Part shown: positions 25,756 to 39,658 of the stretch, piece after piece
Numbering within the stretch: position 1 is the stretch's first letter
How the letters are laid out: the number at the start of each line of letters is the position of its first letter
Assembly: GCF_006345805.1 (NCBI RefSeq)
Contig: NC_043002.1
Location: 94,736,001-94,800,000, forward strand
DNA: 64,000 nt
Reading direction: 5' to 3'
DNA from: Octopus sinensis
Taxonomy: Eukaryota
The notes under the pieces: model-generated
Databases searched by the model: none
What the model was told of the DNA's origin: nothing
The model's input: the letters and a program-made list of their open reading frames with translations, nothing else
Position numbers and translations under genes: made by a program

Positions 25756-26268
25756 TAATTAATTAATAAGGGTGAGAGATTAGATACTAATTAATAGTAT
25801 ATTTATTCAACACCAAGTGGCCTAGTGCTACGAGAAACCTGGATTATTATAATATTTTATAACATATTACAATATTTTCACAAAATAATATAAGAGAGTG
25901 GTCACTATATTGCTCACTCTAGCACCAGTTAATCCAAAAGGTTTCAACCACGTCGGATGTAATCAATTGAACCACACGCGTATTATCGTTATGGTTAAAA
26001 TCTGGCATGTGATTGAGTGGATTTCATCCAGATAGTCTGGCTGACGAGCTACAAATGGATTTTTTTGTAAGTAATATTACATTTAATTCATTAATAGCGA
26101 AATAATTGTCCCAAAATAATCTGTATTTTTGTTATTTTTTACTTGCCCTGTCCGTGTGAGCTAACAGTCGTACTGGCTTTCATGGGAAACATGTATTTTC
26201 GTGGTTGAAACCTTTTGGATTAACTGGTGCTAGAGTGAGCAATATAGTGACCACTCTCTTATATTTAT
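25755..26268. mobile_element. (TA)n-flanked fold-back family A (hammerhead-bearing), short copy
   Basis: 25755-25957 matches 62936-63135; 25955-26268 matches 63437-63755; (TA)n on both sides; no ORF. Confidence 0.85.
26029..26123 (+). ncRNA. Type I hammerhead ribozyme, slightly degenerate
   Basis: UCUGG-CUGACGA-GCUA...UAGC-GAAAU-AAUU-GUC-CCAAA; one stem I mismatch and a U15.2-G16.2 wobble; predicted cleavage after 26110. Confidence 0.7.
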
Positions 26269-26289
26269 ATATATATATATATATCTTTT

Positions 26290-26692
26290 CTTTTATTTTT
26301 CTCTTTTACTTGTTTCAGTCATTTGACTGCGGCCATGCTGGAGCACCGCCTTTAGTCGAGCAAATCGACCCCGGGACTTATTCTTTGTAAGCCCAGTACT
26401 TATTCTATCGGTCTCTTTTGCTGAACCGCTAAGTGACGGGACATAAACACACCAGCATCGGTTGTCAAGCAATGCTAGGGGGACAAACACAGACACACAA
26501 ACATATACACACACATACATATATATATATACATATATACGACAGGCTTCTTTCAGTTTCCGTCTACCAAATCCACTCACAAAGCATTGGTCGGCCCGGG
26601 GCTATAGCAGAAGACACTTGCCCAAGATACCACGCAGTGGGACTGAACCCGGAACCATGTGGTTGGTAAGCAAGCTACTTACCACACAGCCA

Positions 26693-26695
<3 letters not shown>
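26290..26695 (-). mobile_element. SINE family 1
   Basis: Homologous to 17549-17940. Confidence 0.85.
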
Positions 26696-26736
<41 letters not shown>

Positions 26737-27387
26737 GGAGAGAGAGAAAGAAAAAAGAGAGAGAGAGAGAAAGAAGAGGGAGAGAGACAGGAATATGAAT
26801 GATGAATGTATGAGTGTGCATGTATGTATGCACAAGCATGTGTGTGCAATTATGTTTATGTTCGTCCCCATTCTACCTCTTGACAACCAGTGTTGATTTG
26901 TTCATGTCCTTGTGACTTAGCAGTTGATCAAAAGATTTATAGTAAGTACCAGATTAAATGGGGTTGATATCTTTGATTGAAACCCTGCAAGATGGTGCCC
27001 CAGCACTTGCCATAGTCCAATGACTAAAACAAGTAAAAAAAAATAAAAGATAAAAGGAGATATGTACCACTTCTAAAGGAACTACCCCAGTGCTGATTCT
27101 TGATCTGACCAGCATGTACATAGAGGGGCCTCTAAAGATCTTAGTCTGTTCATATTGTTGTTATTTTTGTGTGCAGCTCAGTGGAACTGTAACGATGTGA
27201 GGTTAACCATAGTGTATTCAAAAATGCTGACATCTCAAGAAAAAATAAAAGTCTATGTGTGTTTTTAAATGGCTAAAATGTCTTTCCCACATTAATATAA
27301 TTACTTTAGTTGAAATATATGATCACAAAATAAAATCACTTACCAGAAGAGAACAACTCTGAAACTACTCTTTCTCTCTCCCTCTTT

Positions 27388-27427
<40 letters not shown>

Positions 27428-29544
27428 TTTCCTCCCCCTCTCTTTCCCTCTTCCCCCTCTCTCTCTCATACTTTAAGACAGGTGTGATTTGAGAATGATA
27501 TAACTACAAAAATTATTGATTCTATGGATGCTTCCACCTTGCTCAAATTGTTATAAAGACTGATGTTGTAAGTGCAGAATCAAAGTTGAAAAGTAATGTG
27601 GAATTAGCCTTGGAATTAGTCCTTTAACATTTAAACTAGTCATATCTGACCAAAATATTCTCCTTGTTTTATGTTAAGACTGGACAAATCACATTTTCAA
27701 AATCTCAAAGCTATGAGATAATGCATGGTTAATTCAACACAATGAATGTACAAACATTATATATGACAAAGTAATTCAGATGCTAAAGGGTGACAAATGA
27801 CACTAAACTTTTATAACCAATCTGTTTATTCACATCCAACATTTTTGTTAATTCGTCAGCTATGTTAATCATTGGTACATCATGTTATCACAACTGAAAC
27901 AACAACTGAATAAATTAATAATATCTTACAATTAAATATTTATACTTTAAAAACAGATCATGGACAACCAGAATTTACTGGAATCTTTACAGTAGATAGC
28001 TTATGGAGGATACTTATACCTGAAGAGTTATAAAGATTCTTCTAACAAATATTTCTGTTGTGTTAGCAGCAAAAATATGTGGGTGGTAAAAGTAGTTGTG
28101 GTGGTGGTGATTATACAACTATAATTCCAATTCCACTAAAATGTTTCCAGGAATCTCTAAAATAGGTGATACAGAATGAATTATGAGCAGCAGTTGATAA
28201 GTATCACTCTTGAAGTTAATACAACTAAAAAGAAGATTATGTCAATGTACAAAAATTGATATAACTTGAAAAATATACCACTGCATTCATATTCATTCTT
28301 TATCTTTTTACCTTTCTTTTATTTTTCTTGTTGATTAATCTGATTGATTATAGCCTAAAAGAAAAAGATTTGTCCAAATTCTGGAGATTTTATTGATTTT
28401 TTTTAAAGCTAAGTTCTATCTTAAATTATGGTATTTTGTCTAAATATTTGAACAAGTAAATCACTGAGGCAGAAACATACAATAGTCTAATGGTTGCTTC
28501 ACAAACATTAAAATGAAACTACTATTTTAGAATATTTTATAGAGTAGATAATATTGTAAAGAACATTGTTTGAGCTAAAGCATAATGCATGTGCTAACGT
28601 TTGTTTTAAATGCAGACATTAGTTAAGCTGAAAGGAAAATGGTTTTAATCTCAACAGATTATAAGAGTGGATGTTCCCTCGGCTTTGAATCCACTGTTCT
28701 TGTGTGAAAAATAGTTGTTTGTTTCCTTTGTTTTTTATTTTTAAATTCTTTTAGTCAGGAAGAAAGGCAGTTTTTGTCACCCTTTACAGGATCTCTGAGA
28801 CTAGTAGAAAGGAGGGAGAAGAAAATATTTTCAAACCAGTTATCTGACCCAAAGGGATATGGCTCAGTGGATTCAGCTAAAAATATCCAAGGTGCCAGCT
28901 GTTGCTAAACTATGTGATGAATTATGTTATAATCCATCATTCAAGTAGACCATGGCAGAATTTGAACTCAGAACTCATAGAGTCAGAACAAATGCCATAA
29001 TGTACCTAGTCCAATAGTCTTACAGTTCCAGTAATCCACCACCCTGGTTTAGTACATTTTTTAATGGTCCTGAAAAAAATATAAATGCAAAGCTCAGAGC
29101 ACAAAGTGTCAGAGCAAATACCAGAAAGTAGACTAACCAACGTTCTAATAACTCCACCAATTCACCACCTGAGTTACTACTTGATGTGTTCTTAGACATA
29201 TCATTGCTTTAACATTTCTCTCTTGGCAACTGATTAAAAAATTGCTTTTATATCATCTTTATTATTTCTTGTTATATGTCTGCATCACAAGAATTTACCA
29301 TCTAAATGGGAAGAATTTAACATTCTTAAATTCTCAATTATTTATTTTTTTTAATTTCGATATATTTATGTTCTTTAGATTAAAATTGCTCATTAAGAAG
29401 ATTATATTCATTTAATTTTTCAGCTTATTTTTATTTATTTATTTATTTATTGTAGATTTACTTGTCTCTTTTCCTCATCCTGAATTTCAAGATTGTTGTT
29501 ACGACGATTCCAACATTTACCACACAAAGTATATAGAACAAACA

Positions 29545-29583
29545 TCATCGTTGTCATCTTCATCATCGTCATCATCATTGTTG

Positions 29584-29623
<40 letters not shown>

Positions 29624-29666
29624 CATCATCATCATCATTATTATCATCATTATCATTATATTATTA

Positions 29667-29705
<39 letters not shown>

Positions 29706-29731
29706 CATCATCATTATTATCATTATTATTA

Positions 29732-29763
<32 letters not shown>

Positions 29764-29782
29764 CATCATCATTATTATCATC

Positions 29783-29829
<47 letters not shown>

Positions 29830-29846
29830 CATCATCATTATTATCA

Positions 29847-29879
<33 letters not shown>

Positions 29880-29901
29880 TATCATCATCATCATCATTAT
29901 C

Positions 29902-29933
<32 letters not shown>

Positions 29934-29951
29934 TATTTATTATTATTATTA

Positions 29952-29994
<43 letters not shown>

Positions 29995-30020
29995 TATATT
30001 ATTATTATTATTATTATTCA
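29545..30020. repeat. Long (ATT/ATC)n array
   Basis: Directly visible. Confidence 0.95.
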
Positions 30021-31554
30021 TTTATTTTCAACGAGTCAGCAATTTGCAAAATAATTAGTCATAATAAAGACAAAATTCATTTCAATTAGGTCTAGACTGT
30101 ATTCAATGTCTGTTATATTTATACATTCAGTACAATGAAATTATTGGGTTATTGACATCACCCAGAAATTCTACTAAAAATCTTTCATGCATCTACTGGT
30201 TTCACTTTTTATTCAGCAGTTTGTATTTAATAATATTGATTTTATTAATAACATACAAAGTTGGTATCTGCAGGAGATAAGACTTAGTTCAGTATTTCTT
30301 AAGGGGATTAGTGCTGTGGGGAGTGTAAAAGGGATGGACAAATTGCCAGGCTTAACCCTTAACATTCAAATTAATCTGTCTAATGTAATGCTTGTTTATT
30401 CACATTGTTTTCAATTAATCATACATTATCTTGTAGTTTTGAGATTTTAATGATGTATTTGTTTAATTTTAGGATGACATTGCAGGTTTATTGTGAGAGG
30501 CCTGATCTGATCTTGGAATCGAACTCACTACCTCATGACTGTGAGCCTGACACTCTAACCAATGAGCCATATGCCTTACCATATATACTGAGCCATAAAT
30601 TATTGGGCCAGTACTTTAAATTAGTCAGGGAACGAAGGATAGTTCTCTTAATGCTTTTTAGAGACTTGAAAACTGATGAGAAAGAAGTTTTTTTCAAATC
30701 AAAAACTTGATCTGAATGTTTGTAACAGAGTAGACTCTGCCAAAGTTGCTTAAGAGCAGAGACATTGAACTGCATACAGTGGTGAGACACCAGCTCAGGA
30801 GTTCAGGAGTTTTGGGATTGTATGGAGTCATCACTACTCCAAAGATTGTATGGAGTCATCCCTTAGTCATCATTACTCCAAGACCTACTCTGGCTCAGTG
30901 TGAAAATATTTGTCAAATACTTCACTTATGGGTCAAATAATAAAAGATGATCATGTGATGAAGGTATACAGGCTAGCTTCTAGACATATGACACACAAGC
31001 CTACCCATATGTGGACATACTCTGATGTCATGTAAACCCTACATAAGGGTTAATTAGGTCCTGTGCCTCAAGGCTTGGGTCCTATCAAATGTCCTATACT
31101 AGAGAGACTGATGAATGCAACAGAAAAAGGTGGATCCCCCAAAAAAGAATATCACGATTCAAACACCTCTGTGGCAGCCCACTAATGAGGCTTGTGTAGT
31201 AGAGACTGTCATTTGCACATAAGATTGTTCAGACGATGCTGTTCCAGTGAGGTGGACAACTAGGACCTTCATGCAGAGACATTAACGGCAAACAGAGGTC
31301 ACAGTGCCTCCAGGGTAATCTTGGAAAAGCTGGAGATTAGCAGGGAAAATTATAGATAAAGAGGCGGAAGACAATGGAATCCACAGTTTATCAAATTCAA
31401 TTCACAAAATTTGGTCACCAAGAATATGGCAGGGGAAAAAAGCAAAGCAGTGCTCCATCATGGCCACAGTCAAATGAATGAAACAAGGAAAAGAATACGT
31501 ATTTCACTTAATGAAGCACCCACACACGGCTCTAGCTGAAAAATATTCAACTAA

Positions 31555-32060
31555 ATCATCATCATCATCATCATCATTTAACATCTGCATTCCATGCTGG
31601 CATGAGTTGGACAGTTTGACTGGGGACTGGTAAGCCTGGAGGCTGCACCAGGCTCCAGCCTGATCTGGTTCTGTTTCTATAGCTTGATGCCCTTTCTAAC
31701 ACCAACCACTCCAAGAGTGAGTGTGTGGTGTGGTGTGCGTGTGGTGTGGGATGGGGGGGAGGCGAGAATGGGGAAAGCAACGGTGGGGTGTGGGTTAGCA
31801 AGAGAGAAAAGGTAGGTGGGAGGAAGTAGGTGTGAGAGGGAAGAGGAGAAGGAAGGTTAGATGAAGAGGGGAGGATAATTGAGCCCATGTGGTGCAAAGG
31901 AGCAAAGAGAGATAATCCCTGTTCATGGCAAAATGGGAGTTGGATGGCCACCGGCACAGGAGCCAATAGGGGCGAGGGGGCTGGCATCGACCATATTCGG
32001 ATGGTACTTTTTATGTGCCACTGGCATGGATGCCAGTCAGGCGGTGCTGGCATCGTCATG
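31555..32060 (-). mobile_element. RTE 3' UTR fragment interrupted by a Penelope-like fragment
   Basis: UTR motifs at 31555-31720 and 31945-32060. Confidence 0.65.
31745..31945 (-). mobile_element. Penelope-like endonuclease-end and 3' region fragment
   Basis: Reverse complement of 34570-34780. Confidence 0.6.
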
Positions 32061-32969
32061 ATCAAAATTTCATAAATACTTCATATTAAATTTTATTTAT
32101 TTGTTCCAGTTATAAATGTTCAATTATTGAAGGCTGTGAGTTAAAAATCACCGGTTTTTTTTTTTCAGTAATTGTCTATTTATTCATGAAGTCTCATATA
32201 AATTAATTTTTTGTTTTAATTTTGGCATCAAATGGGTTTTGATTTACTGTCCGGTGGCTATTGGCCAACCCTGTATATATATATATATATATATATATAT
32301 CATCATCATCATCATCGTTTAACGTTCGTTTTCCATGCTAGCATGGGTTGGACGGTTCGACCGGGGTCTGGGAAGCCAGGAGGCTGTACCAGGCTCCAGT
32401 CTGATATGGCAGTTGAATAAAATCATAAGCAACTGGTCCTCCAGTATTTTCTTTAACTCATAGCCAGGAACTTTTCAGCATCCCCTTGTATATTACAGGA
32501 AGCATTAAACTAAGTTAACTGATATGATTCAAACATAAAGCTAGATAGAAGTAAAAAATATAAACAAAGTTATGGAGCTAATTCTAGTATTGAAAGAGAG
32601 AGAAGAGAGAGAGAGAGAGAGAGGGGGCTAGAGAGAGGGGGGAGGGAAAGGGGGAAGGAGAGAATGATACAGAAACAGACAGACAAAGGCAGACAGACAG
32701 ACATATGCAGACAGACAGACAGATAGACAAACAGACAGACAGAAAGACAGATAGAAAGAGATAGACAGAGACAGTACTAATAAAAATAATAATGAATTAT
32801 TGTGTATAGTGGTCAGGTGCACTACAACTCATAGACAAACAGACTGACAGACTGATACACATGTTTGACCTAACCTAGGGATCCAAAAGCAAACATTTTT
32901 TCCCTCTTTTTTTACATGATCTAAGAATGCCTTTCCCACTAAGCTCTAGATTTTCAACTTGAAATGTTA

Positions 32970-33179
32970 TTCTTTTACTTTATTCTTTTACTTGTTTCAG
33001 TCATTTGACTGCAGCCATGCTGGAGCACCGCCTTTAGTCGAGCAAATCGACCCCGGGACTTATTCTTTGCAAGCCTAGTACTTATTCTATCGGTTTCTTT
33101 TGCCGAACCGCTAAGTGACGGGGACGTAAACACACCAGCATCGGTTGTCAAGCAATGCTAGGGGGACAAACACAGACAT

Positions 33180-33223
<44 letters not shown>

Positions 33224-33380
33224 GACAGGCTTCTTTCAGTTTCCGTCTACCAAATCCACTCACAAGGCATTGGTTGGCCTGGGGCTACAGTAAAAAACAC
33301 TTGCCCAAGATGCCACGCAGTGGGACTGAACCCGGAACCATGTGGTTGGTTAGCAAGCTACTTACCACACAGCCACTCCT
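32970..33380 (-). mobile_element. SINE family 1
   Basis: Homologous to 17549-17940. Confidence 0.85.
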
Positions 33381-33659
33381 TGAAATATTCTTTTCTACTC
33401 ATGGCACAAGGCCTGAAATTTTTTTTGGGTGGGGGGCACCCGATTAGCTCTTGGTTGTAAGGTTGTGAGTTTGATTCCCAACAGTGCATTGGGTCCTTGA
33501 GCAAGACACTTTTTTTCATGCTGCTTCTGTTCACTCTGCTGGCAAAAATGAGTAGTACCTGTATTTCAAAGGGTCAGCCTCGTCACACTCTGTGTCACAC
33601 TGAATCTCCCTGAAAATTACTTTAAGGGTACATGTGTCTGTGGAGTGCAGCTCCTCAAG

Positions 33660-33990
33660 AAGGAAACTGGTACTTAATTTATCGACCATGAAAGGATAAA
33701 AGGCAAAGTCGACCTCGGCGGAATTTGAACTCAGAGCATTAAGACAGATGAAATGCCCATTTCTTTACTATCCACAAGGGGCTAAACACAGAGAGGACAA
33801 ACAAGGACAGACAAATGGATTAAGTCGATTATATCGACCCCAGTGCGTAACTGGTACTTATTTAATCAACCCCAAAAAAGATGAAAGGCAAAGTCGACCT
33901 CAGCGGAATTTGAACTCAGAGTGTAGCGGCAAACGAAATACCGCAAGGCATTTCACCCGGCGTGCTAATGATTCTGCCAGCTCGCTGCCT
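33660..33990 (-). mobile_element. SINE family 3 with a partial duplication
   Basis: Reverse complement of 12291-12530; the AAAGGCAAAGTCGACCTC segment occurs twice. Confidence 0.75.
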
Positions 33991-34262
33991 TCTATATTGA
34001 AATATTAAACCAAACATCAAGTATTTTCTGATACCTACTTATTTGATAATTCAAAATTCAGTCAAATCAGTCACAGGTCTTTAACCCCATTGCAATTAAA
34101 CTGGCCATATCCAACACAAATATTCTACTCATTTTATGTTCAAACTGGCCTGATGTAACCTCTCTCTCACACCTACTTAACAATATCATTCTATAAATAA
34201 CGAGTCACATTGTTGAAATTGTGAGGCTACAAGATTAAGCATGATTAATTCAAAACAATGTT

Positions 34263-34510
34263 GAGGTACCTGGCCTAGCGGTTAGAGTAGCAGACTCGTG
34301 ATCGAGAGATCATGAGTTTGAATCTCAGACCGAGCAATGTGTGTGTTTATGAGCGAAACACCTAAGCTCCACGCAGCTCCAGCAGAAGGTAATGGCAAAC
34401 TTCTGCTAACTCTTTCACCACAACTTTCTCTCACTCTTTCCTCTAGCATCTAGCAGCTCACCTGCAACAGACCAATATCCCATCCAGATGGAGAACCTAT
34501 ATGCCATTTC
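34263..34510 (+). mobile_element. tRNA(Arg)-like-headed SINE (family 2 variant)
   Basis: TGGCCTAGCGGTTAGAGTAGCAGACTCGTG...GAGTTTGAATCTC head. Confidence 0.75.
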
Positions 34511-34564
34511 TGCTCTACCAGTCACTCTTTGCAACATTTGTCTTTGTTTGGAATGTCCTTGCAT

Positions 34565-35225
34565 AGAGGCCATCCAGACTCCCATTTTTGCCATGAACAG
34601 CGATTAATCTCTCTTTGCTCCTTTGCACCACATGGGCTCAATTCTCCTCCCCTCTTCAGCTAACCCTCTTCCCTTCTCCTCTCTCCCTCTCACACCTACT
34701 TCCTCCCACCTACCTTTTCTCTCTTGCTAACCCACACCCCACCATTGCTTTCCCCATTCTCGCCTCCCCCACATCCCAACACCACCACACCACACCACAC
34801 CACACACCATCATACCATACACCACCATGCACACACTAGCACTGACCACTTCCCAGCCCAACACCATCATCCATGCACCTACACATGCACACACACACGT
34901 CAAGGTCACCAGCCCTCTTCCACATGCACATACATGCTCTCTTATACACATGCACGTGTACCTTCATTTTCAGATTACCACTCCTTTATTATCTCCCCTT
35001 CTTCCTAGCTCTCCTGTGTGACCCTTCTGTTCGGCATTTGCCTTGATAGATCGCTTGCCACTACACATTCTTTATTTTCTCATCTTGTTTATTTCTGTGT
35101 TCCTTTCTGTGGAAGAGCATAGGCTCGAAACGTTAAAGACTTTTTCACTTCCCAAGCATTAAACTAATACATCTGCTTCTTGTCAACACCACCTTTCTTT
35201 GTCTTTTGTTCTTTTGTGAATCCAC
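34565..35225 (+). mobile_element. Penelope-like element 3' remnant (GIY-YIG C-terminus-like peptide plus pseudo-LTR with minimal HHR motif)
   Basis: 34565-34663 reads RGHPDSHFCHEQRLISLCSFAPHGLNSPPLFS*, resembling the E..LI..L....P.GLN end of PLE endonucleases. Followed by pyrimidine-rich sequence and an HHR-like motif at 35103. Confidence 0.55.
35103..35138 (+). ncRNA. Minimal type I hammerhead-like motif (variant core)
   Basis: CUUU-CUGUGGA-A-GAGC(AUAG)GCUC-GAAAC-GUU-AAAG; stems I and II pair, stem III is the palindrome AACGUU, and core A6 is replaced by U. Confidence 0.5.
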
Positions 35226-35295
35226 TCCCCATATATATATATATATATATATACATATATACACATATATTATATATATATATATGTATATGCAC

Positions 35296-35335
<40 letters not shown>

Positions 35336-35431
35336 AATCCAGACATGAACAAGCAAGATAAAACAACAATGTGAGGATGTGGAATAAGTACAGTGTTATT
35401 GGAAGCTCAGAAAAGGAAAGAAAAGAAAGAG

Positions 35432-35467
35432 GATTTCACACTTCGAGCGGAGCTCTTCATCAGAAAT
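35432..35467 (-). ncRNA. Degraded minimal hammerhead-like motif
   Basis: AUUU-CUGAUGA-A-GAGC(UCC)GCUC-GAAG-U-GUG-AAAU; CUGAUGA and stems intact, GAAA and the cleavage triplet mutated. Confidence 0.45.
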
Positions 35468-35888
35468 ATAGAAAATCTCCTAAGACGAGAAGACGGAGTA
35501 AGAAAATCGCCAATGATACACACGCTGTCACATATTGAAATGACTGGAAAGGAATGGGTGAAGAAAAATTCCTTTCAAAGACAGGAGAGTGCAAGAGAAG
35601 GAGGTATGTGTGTGTATGTGTGGGTATGTGCATGCATGCAGGTCTGTGTGTGTGCGTAATGATAGCACGTGTATGTGCATGTCTGTGTGTGTGTGGTTGT
35701 GGTTGTGTATGTATGTGTGTGGTTGGACTCAGTAATATATATATATATAGTACAAATATACACGTATATACACATAAAGAGCATATACATACAAACATAT
35801 GTACATATATATGATATACATATAAATACAGGCATAGATGCAGACACTAATATTTATGTACCTATGCATGTACACGTACATACATATA

Positions 35889-35924
<36 letters not shown>

Positions 35925-36714
35925 CATATGCCCACATGTATAACCACACACATACACACACAAATATATATATATATATACATATATACATATACATATA
36001 TTTATACATACATACATACATACGTCTGTATGTATGTATGTATGTATGTATGTATGTATATGCATAAAAGAAAAGTGAGAAGAATGAATGCATTTAGAAG
36101 GGGTCAAAAGTATTTAAGAAGGTCATTAGGAGTTTATCAAGATTAGAAGAATTGGTTGGCATGTGAAGAACGTGTTGAATGATAGTAAACAGCCCAGAAG
36201 AGAAGATAAGAAATAAAAAGGTAAAATAAAATAAAATATATGGTCATAAAATTTAGAGTTTGCATATTTAGATACATTAACGATTTACACAGGCATAAAT
36301 AGACATGTATTCATGTGTATAGACACACATTGATACATACATTTACAGAGAGACATGCATACACACACACACACACACACACACTTATTCTTTTACTCAT
36401 TTCAGCCATGCAGTCATGCTGGAGCACCCCCCTGTGAGTAGGGGAGAGGCACCTGGGTGAAAGCCAGGAATCCTAACCACTAGACCACATGGGATACATA
36501 CAGGGGTGGAGCTAGAGTGGGGCAAGCAGGGCACATGCCCTGGGCGCCACATTCAATGGGGCACAATTTTGGCCAATTTTATGCTTGACCTGGTCAAGCA
36601 TAAAATTGGCCAAAATTAATCTCCCTCTCACACCTACTTCCTCCCACCTACCTTTTCTCTCTTGCTAACCCATCATCCATTTATACATTTTGTACAAATC
36701 CTCCATAATATATA

Positions 36715-36948
36715 TATTTCTTTATTGCCCACAAGGGGCTAAACATAGAGGGGACAAACAAGGACAGACAAAGGGATTAAGTCGATTACATTGACCCCAG
36801 TGTGTAACTGGTACTTTATTTACTGACCCCGAAAAGATGAAAAGCAAAGTCGACCTCAGCAGAATTTGAACTCAAAACGTAACAGCAGATGAAATATGGC
36901 TACGCATTTCGCCCGCCATGCTAGCGTTTCTGCCAGCTCGCCACCTTA
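36715..36948 (-). mobile_element. SINE family 3
   Basis: Reverse complement of 12291-12520. Confidence 0.8.
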
Positions 36949-37564
36949 ATGTGTGTGTGTGTGTGTGTGTGTGTGTGAGTATGTGTGTGTGTATATGTCA
37001 TGTAATGTATGTATGTATGAATGTATGAATGTATGAATGTATGTATAGCGAACAGTTGTCATTTGTCAATGATATAAATAAAAGTGCTTTTATGTACCAC
37101 AACTCTGTCATATGTTGGTATATAATGCAGTATTCTGGGTTCTAACATCCATGTTAAAGATTTCCTTTTGGTCTTAATACTGCTCTTGCCACCATCAATT
37201 ATTTTTTAATTTTCCCATTAACCATTTGTGATATCAATCCCTACATTGGTAGTGATATTTTATGTATAGTTGGCAGGAGATTCGTTGCTATATTGCTACT
37301 GGAGGTCTGCCACTAAGGAGCCCAAAACAGTGTGAAATCATGTGACCTGGCATTTCTGGCAGCCGTAGCAGACTGTTCTCATCTGTCAATGATTTAAATA
37401 CAAGTGCTTTTATGCTCCATGAATCCTCATGAGAGGTCCCCTGAAGGTTAGTAACAGTATCCTGTGTTCTAACTCCACATCCATGTTAAGTTTTGTGTGT
37501 GTGTATGTGTGTGTGTGCATGCTTGCGCATGTGTATATATGTATATATGTTATGTGTATGTGTG

Positions 37565-37855
37565 TGGAGGCAAAATGGCCCAATGGGTAGGGCAGCGGAC
37601 TCGCAGTTGTAGGATCGTGGTTTCGATTCCCAGACCGGGTGTTGTGAGTGTTTATTGAGCGAAAACACCTAAAGCTCCACGAGGCTCCAGCAGAGGGTGG
37701 TGGTGATCCCTGCTGTTCTCTTTCGCTCACTCTTTCTTCTATTGGCCTGCTTGCTTAGCCAGCGGGGTGGCATCATTTGAAGGCTAAAACAATGCAAAGC
37801 GCATTGTTACCAGTGATGTGTAGCAACATCTGATAGCCTGGTCGGTCACAATGAT
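37565..37855 (+). mobile_element. tRNA(Arg)-like-headed SINE (family 2)
   Basis: GGCAGCGGACTCGCAGTTGTAGGATCGTGGTTTCGATTCCC head with a TCG at the anticodon-like position. Confidence 0.8.
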
Positions 37856-39211
37856 ATATATATATATATATATATGTCCACTCACAAGGCTTTGGTCAGC
37901 CAGTAGCTATAGCAGAAGAACACTTGCCCAAGGTGCCGTGAACTGGGACTGAACTAAGCACTGTGTCGCTGGAAAGCAAACTTCTTACCATACAGCCATG
38001 CTTGCACCTGTATAAATCTATATAAATTTGAATTTAAAGTGAATTCAATGGTTTTGTGTATTATTATACTACTAGAAATGACCCTTAAAGCAAAACTAGA
38101 AACATCTTCATTAATGGAATTATTTAATTTCATACTAATCTTGTCATTGACTAGTTTTAGAATTAAAAAACACTGCACTATGTCATGTATGTAATATACA
38201 TGTATGTAATACGATTCTAATTCCTTCTATGCTTTTGTTGATTTGTAGCTGTTCAAAAGTAATAGTAACTATATTAATCGCTCCACTCTTTAAGAACCTA
38301 CAAAAGCCAAGGGCTTGTCCTCTTCTTCTTGCAAACATTACAAAAAAAGAATCTCTATATATAATCGGCAAAATGTCTGTGTTTGTGTCCTTTATACAAA
38401 TCTACAATTTTTCAGTTAGAGGGCTTGCACTTTCTATGGTCATTCAAAACCATTCAAGGGTGGTCATGCACATCTTTATATTTCCCAAAGCCATTAAAAA
38501 ATCAATAGAAGTGACTTTTTTGTGAATTTTCTATCCAAAACCCAATCAAAATGCCCGAAACTTGATACGCCAATTGAATGCCAGCTAGCTGTATGTGATT
38601 GGTCGGAGATTTGGACAGTACTCGCGTGTATGTGTGCACGCACGCAGCTGTATATGCATGCACTAAGCACTATGACACGGCATTGCCAGGTCATAGTGCT
38701 AGTTATATAATATAACTAATTATATTTGCTTTATTCATTAAAGAGCAGTGGATCTGGCTGAACCAGTAGAGAGTTAGACAGAATGTTTCAAAGTATCTAG
38801 TTACAACTTTATGTTGTGGGTTCAAACCTTGTATAGTTGTAGTGAGAATATTCAGCAATCACTCAAATGTCACAATTCACTGGGATGTTACCTGCATGAT
38901 CAGCAAATCTAACCAATTGCAACTTTGCCTGGTAGTAACCTGTGTGATCAACAAAATCTGGCCAATCACAACTTCATATGGAATAGGCTCCATCAACCAT
39001 ATCAATTTTTGGCGCCTTCCTTTCTGAGCCCATCAACAGATGTAATATGACATACACACGCACATACACATTTACCAGAAAGAGAGCTTTGGGATGTAAC
39101 TGAAATGACAAGGCAGATGGATTGTGAACAGACACAGGCAGTGGTTGAACCTAGCTAATATCATCATAACAAACCACTGGCAGAAACCTAACAACTAGCA
39201 GTCACTTTTCT

Positions 39212-39658
39212 AGGATCTTTTCGGTTTAAACGGCAGTTTTTTCTAGCGGTGTCATATGAAATTGGCACCCATAATTATGACCCTAGAATCGATCTATTGC
39301 ATTTCAATCTCTTTTAGGGTTAGGGTTAGTTAGGGTTAGGGTTAGGGTTAGGGTTAGGGGTGGGGGAAGGGTATCTTTTTTTCTTCACAAATGTAAATAA
39401 ACCCAATCTCTTTCTTAAACGAGGGACATATTCATACAGCACAGAATGTTTTTTACCTCAATAGACGTCAGTGATTGGTTGAAATTGCAGAAATTGAAGA
39501 AAAAAAAACAACAAATATCGTACAAACTATAGAATTTTATCAAAAAAGGCAAGAGAAAAAGATGTTTTATAAACACATTCTACCAGTATACGAAGTTTAA
39601 AATTTTTTAGTTACCTAGAAATTATGTTAAAAACTGCCGTTCAAACCGAAAAGATCCG
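39212..39658 (+). mobile_element. GGGATC-ended TTAGGG MITE, copy 4
   Basis: TIRs intact; longest TTAGGG run of the six copies; flanking 6-mers (TTTTCT/AAATCT) do not match. Confidence 0.9.

Noticed and set aside
31050-31100. VPQGLGPI resembling the RT motif GVPQGSVLGP
   Set aside because: Short and gapped, with no supporting flanking RT motifs that I could read.
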